From Microbotryum violaceum (taxonomy: Eukaryota): a stretch of 57,332 bases of DNA. Location of the stretch: positions 2,852,001 through 2,909,332 of the forward strand of contig CDLV01000006.1 of assembly GCA_001244265.2 (NCBI GenBank), written 5' to 3'. The first letter of the stretch is position 1. Each line of letters begins with the position of its first letter. Below the pieces are notes generated by a model. It saw nothing but the letters and a program-made list of their open reading frames with translations, did no database searches and had not been told where the DNA came from. Positions 45,676 to 57,332 of this stretch are shown here, one piece after another. The position numbers were made by a program, and so were the translations under genes.

Positions 45676-48042
45676 ATGAAAAAGAAACGAGGCGGTCGCC
45701 CTCGCCCTAGTCTTCCGAGCCCACCCAGCAAGCGCCCTTTCCAAGCGTGTTGGCCCACAGACGTCGAGGCTCCACGTTGCGCATTCGATCACGAGCGCCT
45801 TAAGCAACCAGATGCAAGTGAAAACCGTTCTTCAGTCCGAGTGGAGTACCCGTTAACCAAAGTCAGTCGTAACTCCCTGCAACAGTCACCGTCATGGGCC
45901 CCGCCGTCGCCTGCACCGTCGCGTTCACCTCGATCACCCCCGCGCACAGGCGCGCCCTCACCGGAGTCCCCTGCGGGCAACAGTCCGGCGCGCGATAGGG
46001 CAGACCAGGTTCTTATCTCGGCTCCGCTGGATAGTGAGACGGACCGCATCTTCCTCGAGGACGAGCTCATCCCACGCATCGTGATGTGCGACCCCTCCGA
46101 TCTGATGTACTCGGTCTTTGACGTCAATCGAGCGCGTTTCAGGGAATGGGAGCAGAACGTCCAGGTTCGCCACGGCCGAGCCACGCTCGTAAATGACTTC
46201 AAGCGCGACTGCAGACGATCAGCGAACCAAACGAAAGCAGATTGGGTAATATCGCTTGCCAGATTTGTAAGTTTTATTGAGTCACGTTTGGCTCGGTATG
46301 AGATCACCCGATAAGACTGACCGCTGCTCCTTCGACTGCACAAGGCAATGGTCGGTGGTCGACAACAAAGTCTGACGCTCGCGCATGCGCTACAGCGGCC
46401 TCGATGGAACTGCGAAGAGGGTGCTGAGATACCACAGGCTCACCATTTTTTCACGTGTTGCGAACGATCGGCGTCGGCAAGCGAAGGGTTCGCCGCTCAT
46501 GGAATGCTTGTCCCAATTCACTTCCGCGTTGGTTCGCATGTCGAGGCTCTCGGTGACGGCACCCCGTCTCCCCTCGTCGAGGTCGTTCTCGACGCGGCGC
46601 AAATGCTCACGCAACCGGCCCGCCTATTTGTGCCGGGACTTGCCATTGCGGAGACCACAGCTCATCTAGTCGTGATCGATCATGAGGTGTGCCGGATTGC
46701 GACCATCTCGGACTGCTGGGGTGAGGGCTTCGGTGAACTTGGGGTGGTCGTTGCGATGCTGTCGGGGCTGGACGTCTACTCCGCGGGATTGTGCCCCCTC
46801 TTTCGCTACGAATGTGCTGGCAACATCGGTTTCAAGGCCGTATCACTCATCACATGGTACCTTCGACCTCCCGAGCTCGAAGACGATGTCCCTCTTAGCG
46901 GTCGCACCGTCGAGTTCATTGACGAGGAACCCGTCAAGCTCATCAACAGCGCGGCCGCGAACGGCGGGTCCATTTTCAGCCGCAGCACCGTTGTGTTCCA
47001 GCTGACCCGTCCAAGTCTGATGGGGCCGGACACTTCTTCGACATCCGATCCACCCCACTCCTTTGTACTCAAAATTCAACACACCCGACACGAGTGCGTC
47101 GGGCACGAAGCCAACGTGCTGCGAATGATCGACGAGCGTTGTGTGTCCGCTGCGTCGCCGGAAGTGTCGGATTTGATCTTCAGCCACATCAACCGTCTCG
47201 AACATGCCAAGTCGTTCAATCTTCATTGCTCGCAAATGAACGACAGCGACTTTTCGCTGGTGAAACGAAGGGATTCTCATCGACAAGTACGACGGCGCAA
47301 ACTGGACCTAGTCATCCTACGCAATCCCACTCCGCTGCCCACGCAGGTTGATTGCGGTCAAGATCGTTCCCGCCCGGTGGAGGACGCTTACCTAGTTTTC
47401 GATCAGCTGCTCACACTTTTACCGATTCTCTACGATCTCGGCATCCACCATCGCGACCTGTCGCCAGGCAACATCCTGCATCATCGAGGACAACTTGTTT
47501 TGGTCGATTGGGATACTGGAATCGTCGCGCCCCCGGGGGAGCCTGTCCCAATAGGTGCAGCCGATGGTACCGGGTCGGTCAGGGTCACCCTCGCTACGAC
47601 TCCCTACGAAGTGATTGCCTGGTTCCTCATGAAACCTTGGATTGAACTACCAACGCACATACTGGCGAACGATCTAGAATCCGCAACCTACTGGTTTTTA
47701 ACCGTTCTGCGCTCGTTCCGGGTGCAGTCGTGGGAGACCGCGGCTTGCAGGGCCTGGGCGGCGTTAAAACTTCCGCCGCACCCGCAACCGTGCTTGGAGT
47801 TTCTCGCATGTGCACGTTTGGACCTTTGGGGCAACGCCGACACGGATTTGTCCCGGCGCATTGCATTCCTCAAAGCTGTGCGAGATCTCTGTCCGGCGGA
47901 AGGCCAGGTGGTCGACATGTTCACGCGTATCCTCCCCCTCTGGCGTGACATACCGAACGTTCATCAACTCACCAAAGAAAGGATGGCAACAATGCAGGGC
48001 AAGATGAGAGACATTCTCGCATTGCAGCCTCGCTCCGATTAG
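45676..48042 (+). CDS. FunK1-type protein kinase (gene E) with degenerate N-terminal REase-like domain
   Basis: IFSRSTVVF, FVLKIQ..HEANVL, IHHRDLSPGNIL, VDWDTG, NDLESATY. Probable intron 46267-46395. Confidence 0.82.
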
Positions 48043-48567
48043 TTGTACCCTTTCGTTCTTATCTGTTCTTGCTGATGTATCTAGTTCTCTCCTTTATTGT
48101 TGGCATCCCATTTCGTCACTTTGCTGCGTTGCTGGCCAAACTCTTGGCAGCTTTCATTGATGCTCTCCATGTCACGCACCAACCAATAATCATTACAAAG
48201 CCTAGCCAGATTCTGTTGACTCGACCCATTTTGCTCCATCCCACCCAGTTCCAATCTCCAACCCCTCAATACATCTTTCCCCGCCCACTCCCCTTTTTTC
48301 ACCCCTCCCTGGGCCAGCCTGGGCAGCGAGCCACGCCGCTACTACAACCACTGTAGGCCATAGCGATTGTGCCCATCGTCGTGATCAATCCCACGATCAG
48401 CAAGACACCCTTCGAATGGGTGGGCGACTGAATCGAGCGTCGATGCTGAGGGTGCGAGGGAGTCAACGGCCTTGACTTTGGAGGCCGTGAAGGGAGCGAC
48501 CAGGGTGGCGGCCGAAGTTTTGGTCGGTGCTTCGAACCCGTAAGATTTGAATTTCTAGAATAGGTGT

Positions 48568-49254
48568 TTAGTACATCCCAACTTTGGGAGGGACTACGTC
48601 TGCGAAGGACTCTCGACGACACTTGAAGACTGAGGGCGCCTTCGAGAGCCGCGAACGTAAAGATGATGGGTCAATCGGGCCCCTGACATCGAGCAAGCTT
48701 CCCCTGACACACGCGCAAAGTCGGCCAAATACTATAAGCAACGTGGTTGTTTTTCCAGATATTGCACCGAGCAATAAAAACTCTCGCACATTCTTGATCT
48801 GGAGGACCGTTGGCGCAAAACAGCCGCTCTGGGATCCGCCGCCGTCTTGGACAACTTTGGCGGGCCCCGACTCGACGATGGCACGGATATTCTCGTTCAA
48901 GGGATCGAGCTTAGCACCGTCACTGATCCTACCGTAGTCACTTGAAAGGAAAGGATCGGTTCCAAAAGCGAGACGGCCCGGGGTAGCTTCCGAGATGAAC
49001 TCGACGACAACGGCGGCAGCCTTGCGTTTAAGCAAGGCCGAATCCACTGACACAACAACGGCTCTGAAAGGGGCAAACATCCCGGAGATCGACTTCGAGA
49101 CGCAATCGCCCGCTCGCGGCCAGGATGGAAGTCGAGACGAGTCGGCGAGACGACAGAGAAATCTGTCCAACGTCTGAACGCAAGAGAGTCGGCGAGAATG
49201 CGTCCTCTGGCTGACAGGTTCCGAGCATCTCACAGGACCTCCCCAGCGATACAA
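48568..49254 (-). CDS. Possible hypothetical protein or remnant
   Basis: 228-aa ORF with globular-looking composition and no recognised motif. Confidence 0.2.
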   Translation of the reverse strand: MYRWGGPVRCSEPVSQRTHSRRLSCVQTLDRFLCRLADSSRLPSWPRAGDCVSKSISGMFAPFRAVVVSVDSALLKRKAAAVVVEFISEATPGRLAFGTDPFLSSDYGRISDGAKLDPLNENIRAIVESGPAKVVQDGGGSQSGCFAPTVLQIKNVREFLLLGAISGKTTTLLIVFGRLCACVRGSLLDVRGPIDPSSLRSRLSKAPSVFKCRRESFADVVPPKVGMY

Positions 49255-49929
49255 ACACGCAACTGCCTCCCAGTCTTCTGCCCTGCCAGACTATGACGGA
49301 CAGCTGCCCACTGCGTACGCCTCTTCTTCTCAACCTTCCTTGTTGGATTGTTGACTGACTGTTCATACCCTGTATGCAGCCGTTCTGCCCTACACCTGCC
49401 AGTGTAGCCGCACCTTCTTCTGTTGAGTACCGAGTCACGCTCCCGGAGCTAAGGTACATCACTCCCCCGCATCAGGCTCTACCTTTTGGTACTCCTGCTC
49501 ACAACTGTCCTTGTTGGGTATGTTGGCTTACTTGGCTACCTTGCGCTACAGACTACACTTGCCACCCAACATGCCAGCGTTCAGGGTCGGTCTCCTTCTT
49601 TCAAGTGTGTCACGCTTTCCAAGCAAAGGTATGCCAAGCCTCCCAGTCTTTGCAGTATTTCTCTGAGTACTAATAGGATCCACGCTTTCCAAGCAAAGTG
49701 TCCTATTTTTGAGCTCCTCCGGCCCACCCTTAAAGTAAATAAAAATAAAAATAATCCTTGTTGGTGTCCTTTCTTTCTTTTATTATCTCTCTTCTGATCT
49801 CTGGGTCTCTCGTCTCGTGGGTATTTTCTTTCAACCCATTCCGTTTGTTACGGGATGCCGGGTTTCATGCCTGATACTGCAACTCAACTTATACCCCGCT
49901 ATCTAGCTGCGCTTCTACGAAAGAGTCGT

Positions 49930-52196
49930 ATTTTGAAAGGGAGGCGTGATCCTGCATAGTATTTTCAGGGTTTTTGACGTGACTTCGGAGAAACCTCTCA
50001 CACCCTCGGCAACAAACCAGATGAAGCGAAAGTTTGATGCGGTGACGGCTCCCCTCAAGTTGCTCTCTCATCCAACGTTTGCCGATGTAGGCGTTCCTAT
50101 GGAATGGACAAATACCAAAAGCGTCACCACTATGCGGTACCATTCATCGTCACGCTCGCCGGTTTTTCACGACAAAATCCTTCAACTCTTATACAATATC
50201 AAGTCGGTCTACGCAGAAACGCCAACCGCGGACTACCGGCTTGGCTTCGGGGTCATGCACACAACAGCATACCTGATCCTCGTCAACCATGAAAGTGTTC
50301 ACGTCGTCCAGTTGAATGACTGTTGGGGCAGCCGCGGGCGCGCCGAATTCGCATCTCTGGCGAATATCATCCTCGGCCTTCACCTTCCCTCCGTCGGGTT
50401 CTCACGGTTCTTTTCTCACCAATACACCCCCAGCCATGGCCTAGCCGAGCAGGCCGTGCGGATCTTGGCACTCGGTCCGAATACCCAAGATGTCTGCAAA
50501 CTCCAACTCTCCAAAGACATCACCGAGGTTGAGATCATCCCGGTCGAGTGTTGCCCACCCATAGTGCGGGGTCCGCACTCGAGCCGCAACCGCGCGATAT
50601 TTGCGATAAGTGCGTTCTCGGCCGGAGGCATCAACGTGGTTGAGCACTTGTGTCCCCAACTTTCCCTCGCCGACGCGTCGCCACTTCGTCAAATGTGGAT
50701 CGTTTGGAAGTTGCTTGCACCTGAGGAATCAGGAAACGTCCGAGAGGTCGCCGTCACCAACCGACTCCTTCAGAACGCCGCGACCCTCCCTTCGCACATT
50801 CTGGACCATATCGCTCTTCACGTTGAAAGTCGTCGATTCGCTGTAGATGATCGCGGCGCCTTTCTGCCTTCGAACACCCCACGCGTGGACGTCGCTTTCG
50901 TGACTATTCTGGTTCCACCGTGCCACAAAGACCGTCGGTACCGTAGTTTGATCGATAAAAAGCACCCACCAACAATACGACAGCTCGTTACGGCCTTTAG
51001 TCGCCTGACCCAAGTCGTGTTCGCGGTCTCCGATTGCGGGATCAACCTTCGAGGAATCGCCCCCAGCAACGTGCTCCACGTCGACGGTGAGGTCCTGGTG
51101 TGGGACCTCGCGAACGCGACGTTCTCTGAATACCCACGTTCGAGCGCGAAGCTTCCGACAGACCCTGAGGGGATGTGCGGGCAAGGTTTGCGCAGCTCGA
51201 AGACCTTTCCGGCAAGCGTCTACACCGACCTCAAAAGTTCCATCATCACCTTCGTGGCGACAATTGCTCGCGCGTTCGAGGAATGTACCGATGAAGAGAC
51301 AAGGCAAGTTTGGCGACCGTTTGGGTTCGGGAAGACGTTCGACGAGATCAACAGCACGCCCCTCTTGGCACTTTCTCGAAACTTGCTCTTCACCATGAAC
51401 CATCACCAAGAGAATAGTGACGTGCCAACACCCCTGGAGTACATTGAGCGTTGTAGCGCACCTCTGGCCAAGTTCTTCGAGATTATCTTGGACAAGGAGC
51501 CCAGCGCCGACACTGAAGCCGCGATGAGGGCCCTTCCAAGCCGACTTCTTGTTGAGGTCTTAGCCCCAAACGATGCCACCTGGCAGGAAAAGTTGGACGC
51601 GCCATTGAACAAAAAGATGCGAGTATGACGGGGTCAAGAATTAGGATTGGGTAAGGCTGTGCGGGTTGTGGAAGCATCGTGATGCACTTTTTTGTTGTCG
51701 AACTATTTCGCCTTGTCGGGGTTTCTGATCACTCGGTATCGTGGTCATGGAAGGCTTTGCAGCAATATAGACGTGTTCGATGGCTTGCTCAGAACGGTGG
51801 GCGTTGATTTGTCCTCGACTTTTTTTTATTTAATTGGCATTGTCTTTGCGGACTTCTCAGACGGCGCAGGGGTCGAGGTGAACAAAACAGCCATCAATGA
51901 TCTATGATAATGGGTCACATGCTCGTGAACTAGAGGAACCGGTTACCTTCCTACATTACACGCGTGAAATAAGTGCCACTCTTTCTCCCATTCTCGCACA
52001 GCAATTCGTTTAGGTTGGACGGTTCGCCCATTCGACGGCTCAATAGCCAGCGCTCGAGACTAGATATCAATCAGAAGGAGCTTTGCAAGAACAAGCTCAG
52101 GGTGATGTCAGTTGGCTGCAACTGGTGAGAGTGGGGATAGCTACCTTCGTCTCAGCATACATTTGCAAGAACAAGCAAAACTCTGTGATGCGGCGG
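49930..52196 (+). repeat. 2.27-kb segmental duplication, copy 1
   Basis: Near-identical to 54508-56769. Confidence 0.97.
49940..51628 (+). CDS. FunK1-like pseudokinase (gene F1), large terminal exon only
   Basis: KFDAV..VPMEW N-domain, VWKLL..REVAV, loop INLRGIAPSNVLH..VWDLANA (HRD to LRG). Begins at acceptor TTTTGAAAG. The upstream exons of copy 2 are absent here. Confidence 0.7.
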   Translation, partial: GGVILHSIFRVFDVTSEKPLTPSATNQMKRKFDAVTAPLKLLSHPTFADVGVPMEWTNTKSVTTMRYHSSSRSPVFHDKILQLLYNIKSVYAETPTADYRLGFGVMHTTAYLILVNHESVHVVQLNDCWGSRGRAEFASLANIILGLHLPSVGFSRFFSHQYTPSHGLAEQAVRILALGPNTQDVCKLQLSKDITEVEIIPVECCPPIVRGPHSSRNRAIFAISAFSAGGINVVEHLCPQLSLADASPLRQMWIVWKLLAPEESGNVREVAVTNRLLQNAATLPSHILDHIALHVESRRFAVDDRGAFLPSNTPRVDVAFVTILVPPCHKDRRYRSLIDKKHPPTIRQLVTAFSRLTQVVFAVSDCGINLRGIAPSNVLHVDGEVLVWDLANATFSEYPRSSAKLPTDPEGMCGQGLRSSKTFPASVYTDLKSSIITFVATIARAFEECTDEETRQVWRPFGFGKTFDEINSTPLLALSRNLLFTMNHHQENSDVPTPLEYIERCSAPLAKFFEIILDKEPSADTEAAMRALPSRLLVEVLAPNDATWQEKLDAPLNKKMRV

Positions 52197-54045
52197 AGGC
52201 AGGCAGAGGCTGCGTTTCGAGCAGAGGGGTTCGGCAGAGAAACTGCCGAGAGATGCAGGGGTTGCGAGTCAGATAAGTGTCCAACCAGGACTACCGACTA
52301 ACTGCCCGTACAGGACTGACAAGATCATTGTAGGAATCAAAGTGGTAAGTTCACCGTGCAACAAGCTTGGGTGACCAACAACACTTACCCCGAGTTACTC
52401 CAGGACAGAGCCACGTCGAGGATTTGGACGAGCTAGTGGCGGCTAGCTGAGCAACGTCCTGCAAGATGAAACGCTCGGTCAGCGACTTCGTCAGCTGTGA
52501 GGTGATCTTGGGAGTGAGGGACGCACCCGTATCAACAGGTGGTAAATGCACGGCAGAGGCTGGTGGAGACGTCGACGGTACAGTGAAGGCCCTGAAGGGA
52601 GGGAACGTGCAGCGCAAGTGACCGCCTGTGAGCCCGCGTGTGTACGAGGCACAGCTATAGCTCAGCAGGGGAGAAAGGAGAGGGGAGACCCGAACGCGCG
52701 AGCGCGCGAGCTCGATAGGCGCGTTAAATCCTTGCAGCAAAGGCCGAGAAGAACAACAGGCGCTGTCAGGGTGACGGGGCCAATGTTTTACCTCCTCGAC
52801 CAAGGTTATGATGACCTTTGGTATGAACATCGCGGTTCGTACCCACCACACGCTTGGCTCATCCGGGTCTTGTACTCAAGGCAGAACCGGGTTAAATTAA
52901 CTTTGCCCGGATCCAAAACCTCTGCACGGCAGCCATCTAAGTTTGCCTCCCTCATCTACCTTGTAATATTGCAACATCTTTGCTTACGGTAACACAGTGT
53001 CAAGTGTCAGCTATACGATGGTGATTGCAAAGTGTCATGCCACCTCCTGGCTTTCGACAGCCTCGAGGGATCTTGTTTAAACGTCTCGTGCTGCACGGCC
53101 GGGCCTCATGATGCAGATCCGGCTCCGATCTCCCTTCGCGCGCCGACGGTTAATGTCGGCTCAATTTGGGGCTTCTCGCGCGCGGGGCCCTGATCATCTC
53201 CGTGGCTCGCGTGGCGGCCGCACCTTTTGAGCTTCCACCCATCTCGTGTCGCTATTCTACCTTCCAGGCACGCCACCACTTCTACCTCTTCCTAGTGGCT
53301 CAGATCCCACGTTCCAATCGAAGACATTCCGGATCGGACAGATCTCTTGTCTGCAGCCCCGACTGGCCCACCCCCGAAGTCAACGCTAAAACACAACTTT
53401 GTGCGCCTCGGGCCAGCCTCGACGCCAAACTTTACATCGACATCGACATCCTCCTCGACGTCGACTTCATACTCGACTTCATCCTCCAACTTGTGGTCGT
53501 CGACTATGCCCTCGACCTTTACTCCGAGCTCCACGTCGAGCGAGTCGAGACTCGGTGGAAATGCTTCGGCCCAAGTTGCCTCTGGCTCCTCACCGGCCTC
53601 ACCGACAACGGCTTCCGCCAAGGCAAGCAGAGTCGCTTAGTGACGTCGATATCAATCGGAACCATGTACACTCGCTGACATACGCTTCTTGAATGGGTCT
53701 TATGTATACCCTTCTCATATGCAGAATGATTCCAGTTGCGATGAAGCACGTCGAGCCACCATACGCTCGAGAACCAGCTCCACCGCTGCAAGGCCCCTCG
53801 ACACGAAGGTGAGATGCGCGCTTGATTCACTTCGCTTTTGGATTCGGTCCGCGCTCGCATTGGCTGAAACAGCCTTAACTTTGCTACACATCTATTCTGT
53901 ATCGTAGCAAGAAGAAGTCTCATCCGCTTCATCGATCCGAGCTATCACTCCAATTCCGTGCCTTGCTCCCGCGCCTCCTGTCACCCCACTGTCGAATCCT
54001 GAGCCCAGGCTCCCGCACACTACCCCGCTATATCCGGCGACCTTC

Positions 54046-56201
54046 TTGAGCGGAGGCCAACGCCACACCCGCCCAATCGAATTCGCCTCGGCGCAGGACG
54101 ACTGGCAGCCGGAATACGTGCAGTATCACTCACCCAAGGACATGGGCGTGTTTCTTCTGAAGCGAATGGGCAAGGACGAGGTCGAATATGAGAAGGTGCT
54201 CGCGGAAGCAAAGAAGAGCAGTACGCCAAAGCAGATGCACAAGATTCTCGATAGGTTCAAACAGGAGTCCAATTTGAAGAAGAAGGAGACCCAGGAGGAT
54301 GCGCGTGAGGTGAAGAAACAGAAGATGGCCACCAAAATCAAGAAGAAAGCCAAGAAGGACGACAAGACTCAAGCCGTTCGTTCAGGTCCACACTGGTTCC
54401 ACACTCTAGGCGCAATGGTACGTGTAGTCTGCCTACCTTGAAGAGCGTGGCGGCGGCATCGACTTGACTAGGATCGGGAGAATTGACCCTTACTCTCACA
54501 CATCTGAATTTTGAAAGGGAGGCGTGATCCTGCATAGTATTTTCAGGGTTTTTGACGTGACTTCGGAGAAACCTCTCACACCCACGGCAACAAACCAGAT
54601 GAAGCGAAAGTTTGATGCGGTGACGGCTCCCCTCAAGTTGCTCTCTCATCCAACGTTTGCCGATGTAGGCGTTCCTATGGAATGGACAAATACCAAAAGC
54701 GTCACCACTATGCGGTACCATTCATCGTCACGCTCGCCGGTTTTTCACGACAAAATCCTTCAACTCTTATACAATATCAAGTCGGTCTACGCAGAAACGC
54801 CAACCGCGGACTACCGGCTTGGCTTCGGGGTCATGCACACAACAGCATACCTGATCCTCGTCAACCATGAAAGTGTTCACGTCGTCCAGTTGAATGACTG
54901 TTGGGGCAGCCGCGGGCGCGCCGAATTCGCATCTCTGGCGAATATCATCCTCGGCCTTCACCTTCCCTCCGTCGGGTTCTCACGGTTCTTTTCTCACCAA
55001 TACACCCCAGCCATGGCCTAGCCGAGCAGGCCGTGCGGATCTTGGCACTTGGTCCGAATACCCAAGATGTCTGCAAACTCCAACTCTCCAAAGACATCAC
55101 CGAGGTTGAGATCATCCCGGTCGAGTGTTGCCCACCCATAGTGCGGGGTCCGCACTCGAGCCGCAACGCGCGATATTTGCGATAAGTGCGTTCTCGGCCG
55201 GAGGCATCAACGTGGTTGAGCACTTGTGTCCCCAACTTTCCCTCGCCGACGCGTCGCCACTTCGTCAAATGTGGATCGTTTGGAAGTTGCTCGCACCTGA
55301 GGAATCAGGAAACGTCCGAGAGGTCGCTGTCACCAACCGACTCCTTCAGAACGCCGCAACCCTCCCTTCGCACATTCTGGACCATATCGCTCTTCACGTT
55401 GAAAGTCGTCGATTCGCTGTAGATGATCGCGGCGCCTTTCTGCCTTCGAACACCCACGCGTGGACGTCGCTTTCGTGACTATTCTGGTTCCACCGTGCCA
55501 CAAAGACCGTCGGTACCGTAGTTTGATCGATAAAAAGCACCCACCAACAATACGACAGCTCGTTACGGCCTTTAGTCGCCTGACCCAAGTCGTGTTCGCG
55601 GTCCGATTGCGGGATCAACCTTCGAGGAATCGCCCCCAGCAACGTGCTCCACGTCGACGGTGAGGTCCTGGTGTGGGACCTCGCGAACGCGACGTTCTCT
55701 GAATACCCACGTTCGAGCGCGAAGCTTCCGACAGACCCTGAGGGGATGTGCGGGCAAGGTTTGCGCAGCTCGAAGACCTTTCCGGCAAGCGTCTACACCG
55801 ACCTCAAAAGTTCCATCATCACCTTCGTGGCGACAATTGCTCGCGCGTTCGAGGAATGTACCGATGAAGAGACAAGGCAAGTTTGGCGACCGTTTGGGTT
55901 CGGGAAGACGTTCGACGAGATCAACAGCACGCCCCTCTTGGCACTTTCTCGAAACTTGCTCTTCACCATGAACCATCACCAAGAGAATAGTGACGTGCCA
56001 ACACCCCTGGAGTACATTGAGCGTTGTAGCGCACCTCTGGCCAAGTTCTTCGAGATTATCTTGGACAAGGAGCCCAGCGCCGACACTGAAGCCGCGATGA
56101 GGGCCCTTCCAAGCCGACTTCTTGTTGAGGTCTTAGCCCCAAACGATGCCACCTGGCAGGAAAAGTTGGACGCGCCATTGAACAAAAAGATGCGAGTATG
56201 A
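54046..56201 (+). pseudogene. FunK1-like pseudokinase (gene F2) with upstream Lys-rich exon; four small deletions relative to F1
   Basis: Exon ..HTLGAM|GTACGT..TTGAAAG|GGVILH. A Ser/Thr-rich ORF at 53347-53640 may be a further 5' exon. Deletions total 5 bp, mostly in C runs. Confidence 0.7.
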
Positions 56202-56769
56202 CGGGGTCAAGAATTAGGATTGGGTAAGGCTGTGCGGGTTGTGGAAGCATCGTGATGCACTTTTTTGTTGTCGAACTATTTCGCCTTGTCGGGGTTTCTG
56301 ATCACTCGGTATCGTGGTCATGGAAGGCTTTGCAGCAATATAGACGTGTTCGATGGCTTGCTCAGAACGGTGGGCGTTGATTTGTCCTCGACTTTTTTTT
56401 ATTTAATTGGCATTGTCTTTGCGGACTTCTCAGACGGCGCAGGGGTCGAGGTGAACAAAACAGCCATCAATGATCTATGATAATGGGTCACATGCTCGTG
56501 AACTAGAGGAACCGGTTACCTTCCTACATTACACGCGTGAAATAAGTGCCACTCTTTCTCCCATTCTCGCACAGCAATTCGTTTAGGTTGGACGGTTCGC
56601 CCATTCGACGGCTCAATAGCCAGCGCTCGAGACTAGATATCAATCAGAAGGAGCTTTGCAAGAACAAGCTCAGGGTGATGTCAGTTGGCTGCAACTGGTG
56701 AGAGTGGGGATAGCTACCTTCGTCTCAGCATACATTTGCAAGAACAAGCAAAACTCTGTGATGCGGCGG
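54508..56769 (+). repeat. 2.27-kb segmental duplication, copy 2
   Basis: Near-identical to 49930-52196. Confidence 0.97.
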
Positions 56770-56780
56770 GGTTAGGGTTA
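56769..56780 (+). repeat. Two telomeric-type repeats (GGGTTA)2 at the duplication breakpoint
   Basis: Seen directly. Confidence 0.6.
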
Positions 56781-57234
56781 TAAACTTGAAGTAGGTAGTC
56801 GTCTTGACGAATGAAGAGTTGGACTCGGTGAGTAGAGCGCTGCACGACAATGCAGTTGTTTCGTTGTCAAAGGACAAACTCATCAGGCGCTTGCGCTTCT
56901 AAGGCCTTTCACCAGAAAGAATTCGCTATTAGCTGCTAGATTCTATCAGTCAGAAGGCTAATGAGAGAATAGATTCTAATCCGAATTTCAGACTTAGAAG
57001 GAATTTCTCAGAGGCCAGCCATGACTAATAAGTGGAGGTCAGGTGGTCTGTGCGAGCTCAAGAGCTGGACAGCTGAGTAAGTACCCCTATTCCAGGGGTG
57101 CTCTGACCTCCAGCAGATTAATAGACATTACTAGGTCTAGTAGTGGAAGTTGTAATACCTCCACTTGGAAAAACAAATGAGTTTTGAATATTAAAATATT
57201 TTTGACTCAGTAACATCAGGTCGTGTTCATGCAA

Positions 57235-57268
<34 letters not shown>

Positions 57269-57332
57269 TGTGATGTTAAGCAACGCACAGACCTGCTCAA
57301 GCAGTGGTAAGTCTCTGATCGACGGACCAAAG

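Overview
Eukaryotic, intron-containing, GC-rich fungal DNA, most likely from a basidiomycete yeast (inferred from gene style). A core island of ordinary genes at about 20.7-35.2 kb holds a single-pass membrane protein, an SDR, Nup160, a GNAT, a Nas6-like ankyrin protein and a hypothetical gene. Accessory DNA lies on both sides. Left side: an EXS/ERD1 3' end, a deleted Copia element (1547-4200, TSD CGTTA), and a 14.5-kb segment (4338-18831) bounded by 360-400-bp inverted repeats with TGT...ACA ends and a 4-bp GGAC duplication. That segment carries a Helitron Rep remnant, a convergent pair of FunK1-type nuclease-kinase genes with complementary motif losses, a foldback element and decayed genes. 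Two ~160-bp solo LTRs each contain a complete tRNA-like cloverleaf with A and B boxes. Right side: five more PD-(D/E)xK-like + kinase loci (one with both domains apparently intact, i.e. Spok/CRN-like architecture), telomere-like and 52-bp tandem repeats, and a 2.27-kb duplication that ends exactly at (GGGTTA)2. Main hypothesis (inference): a family of nuclease-kinase/pseudokinase poison-antidote or conflict genes, partly mobilised on an undescribed inverted-repeat cargo element. Many copies carry stops or indels, and some indels may be assembly errors.
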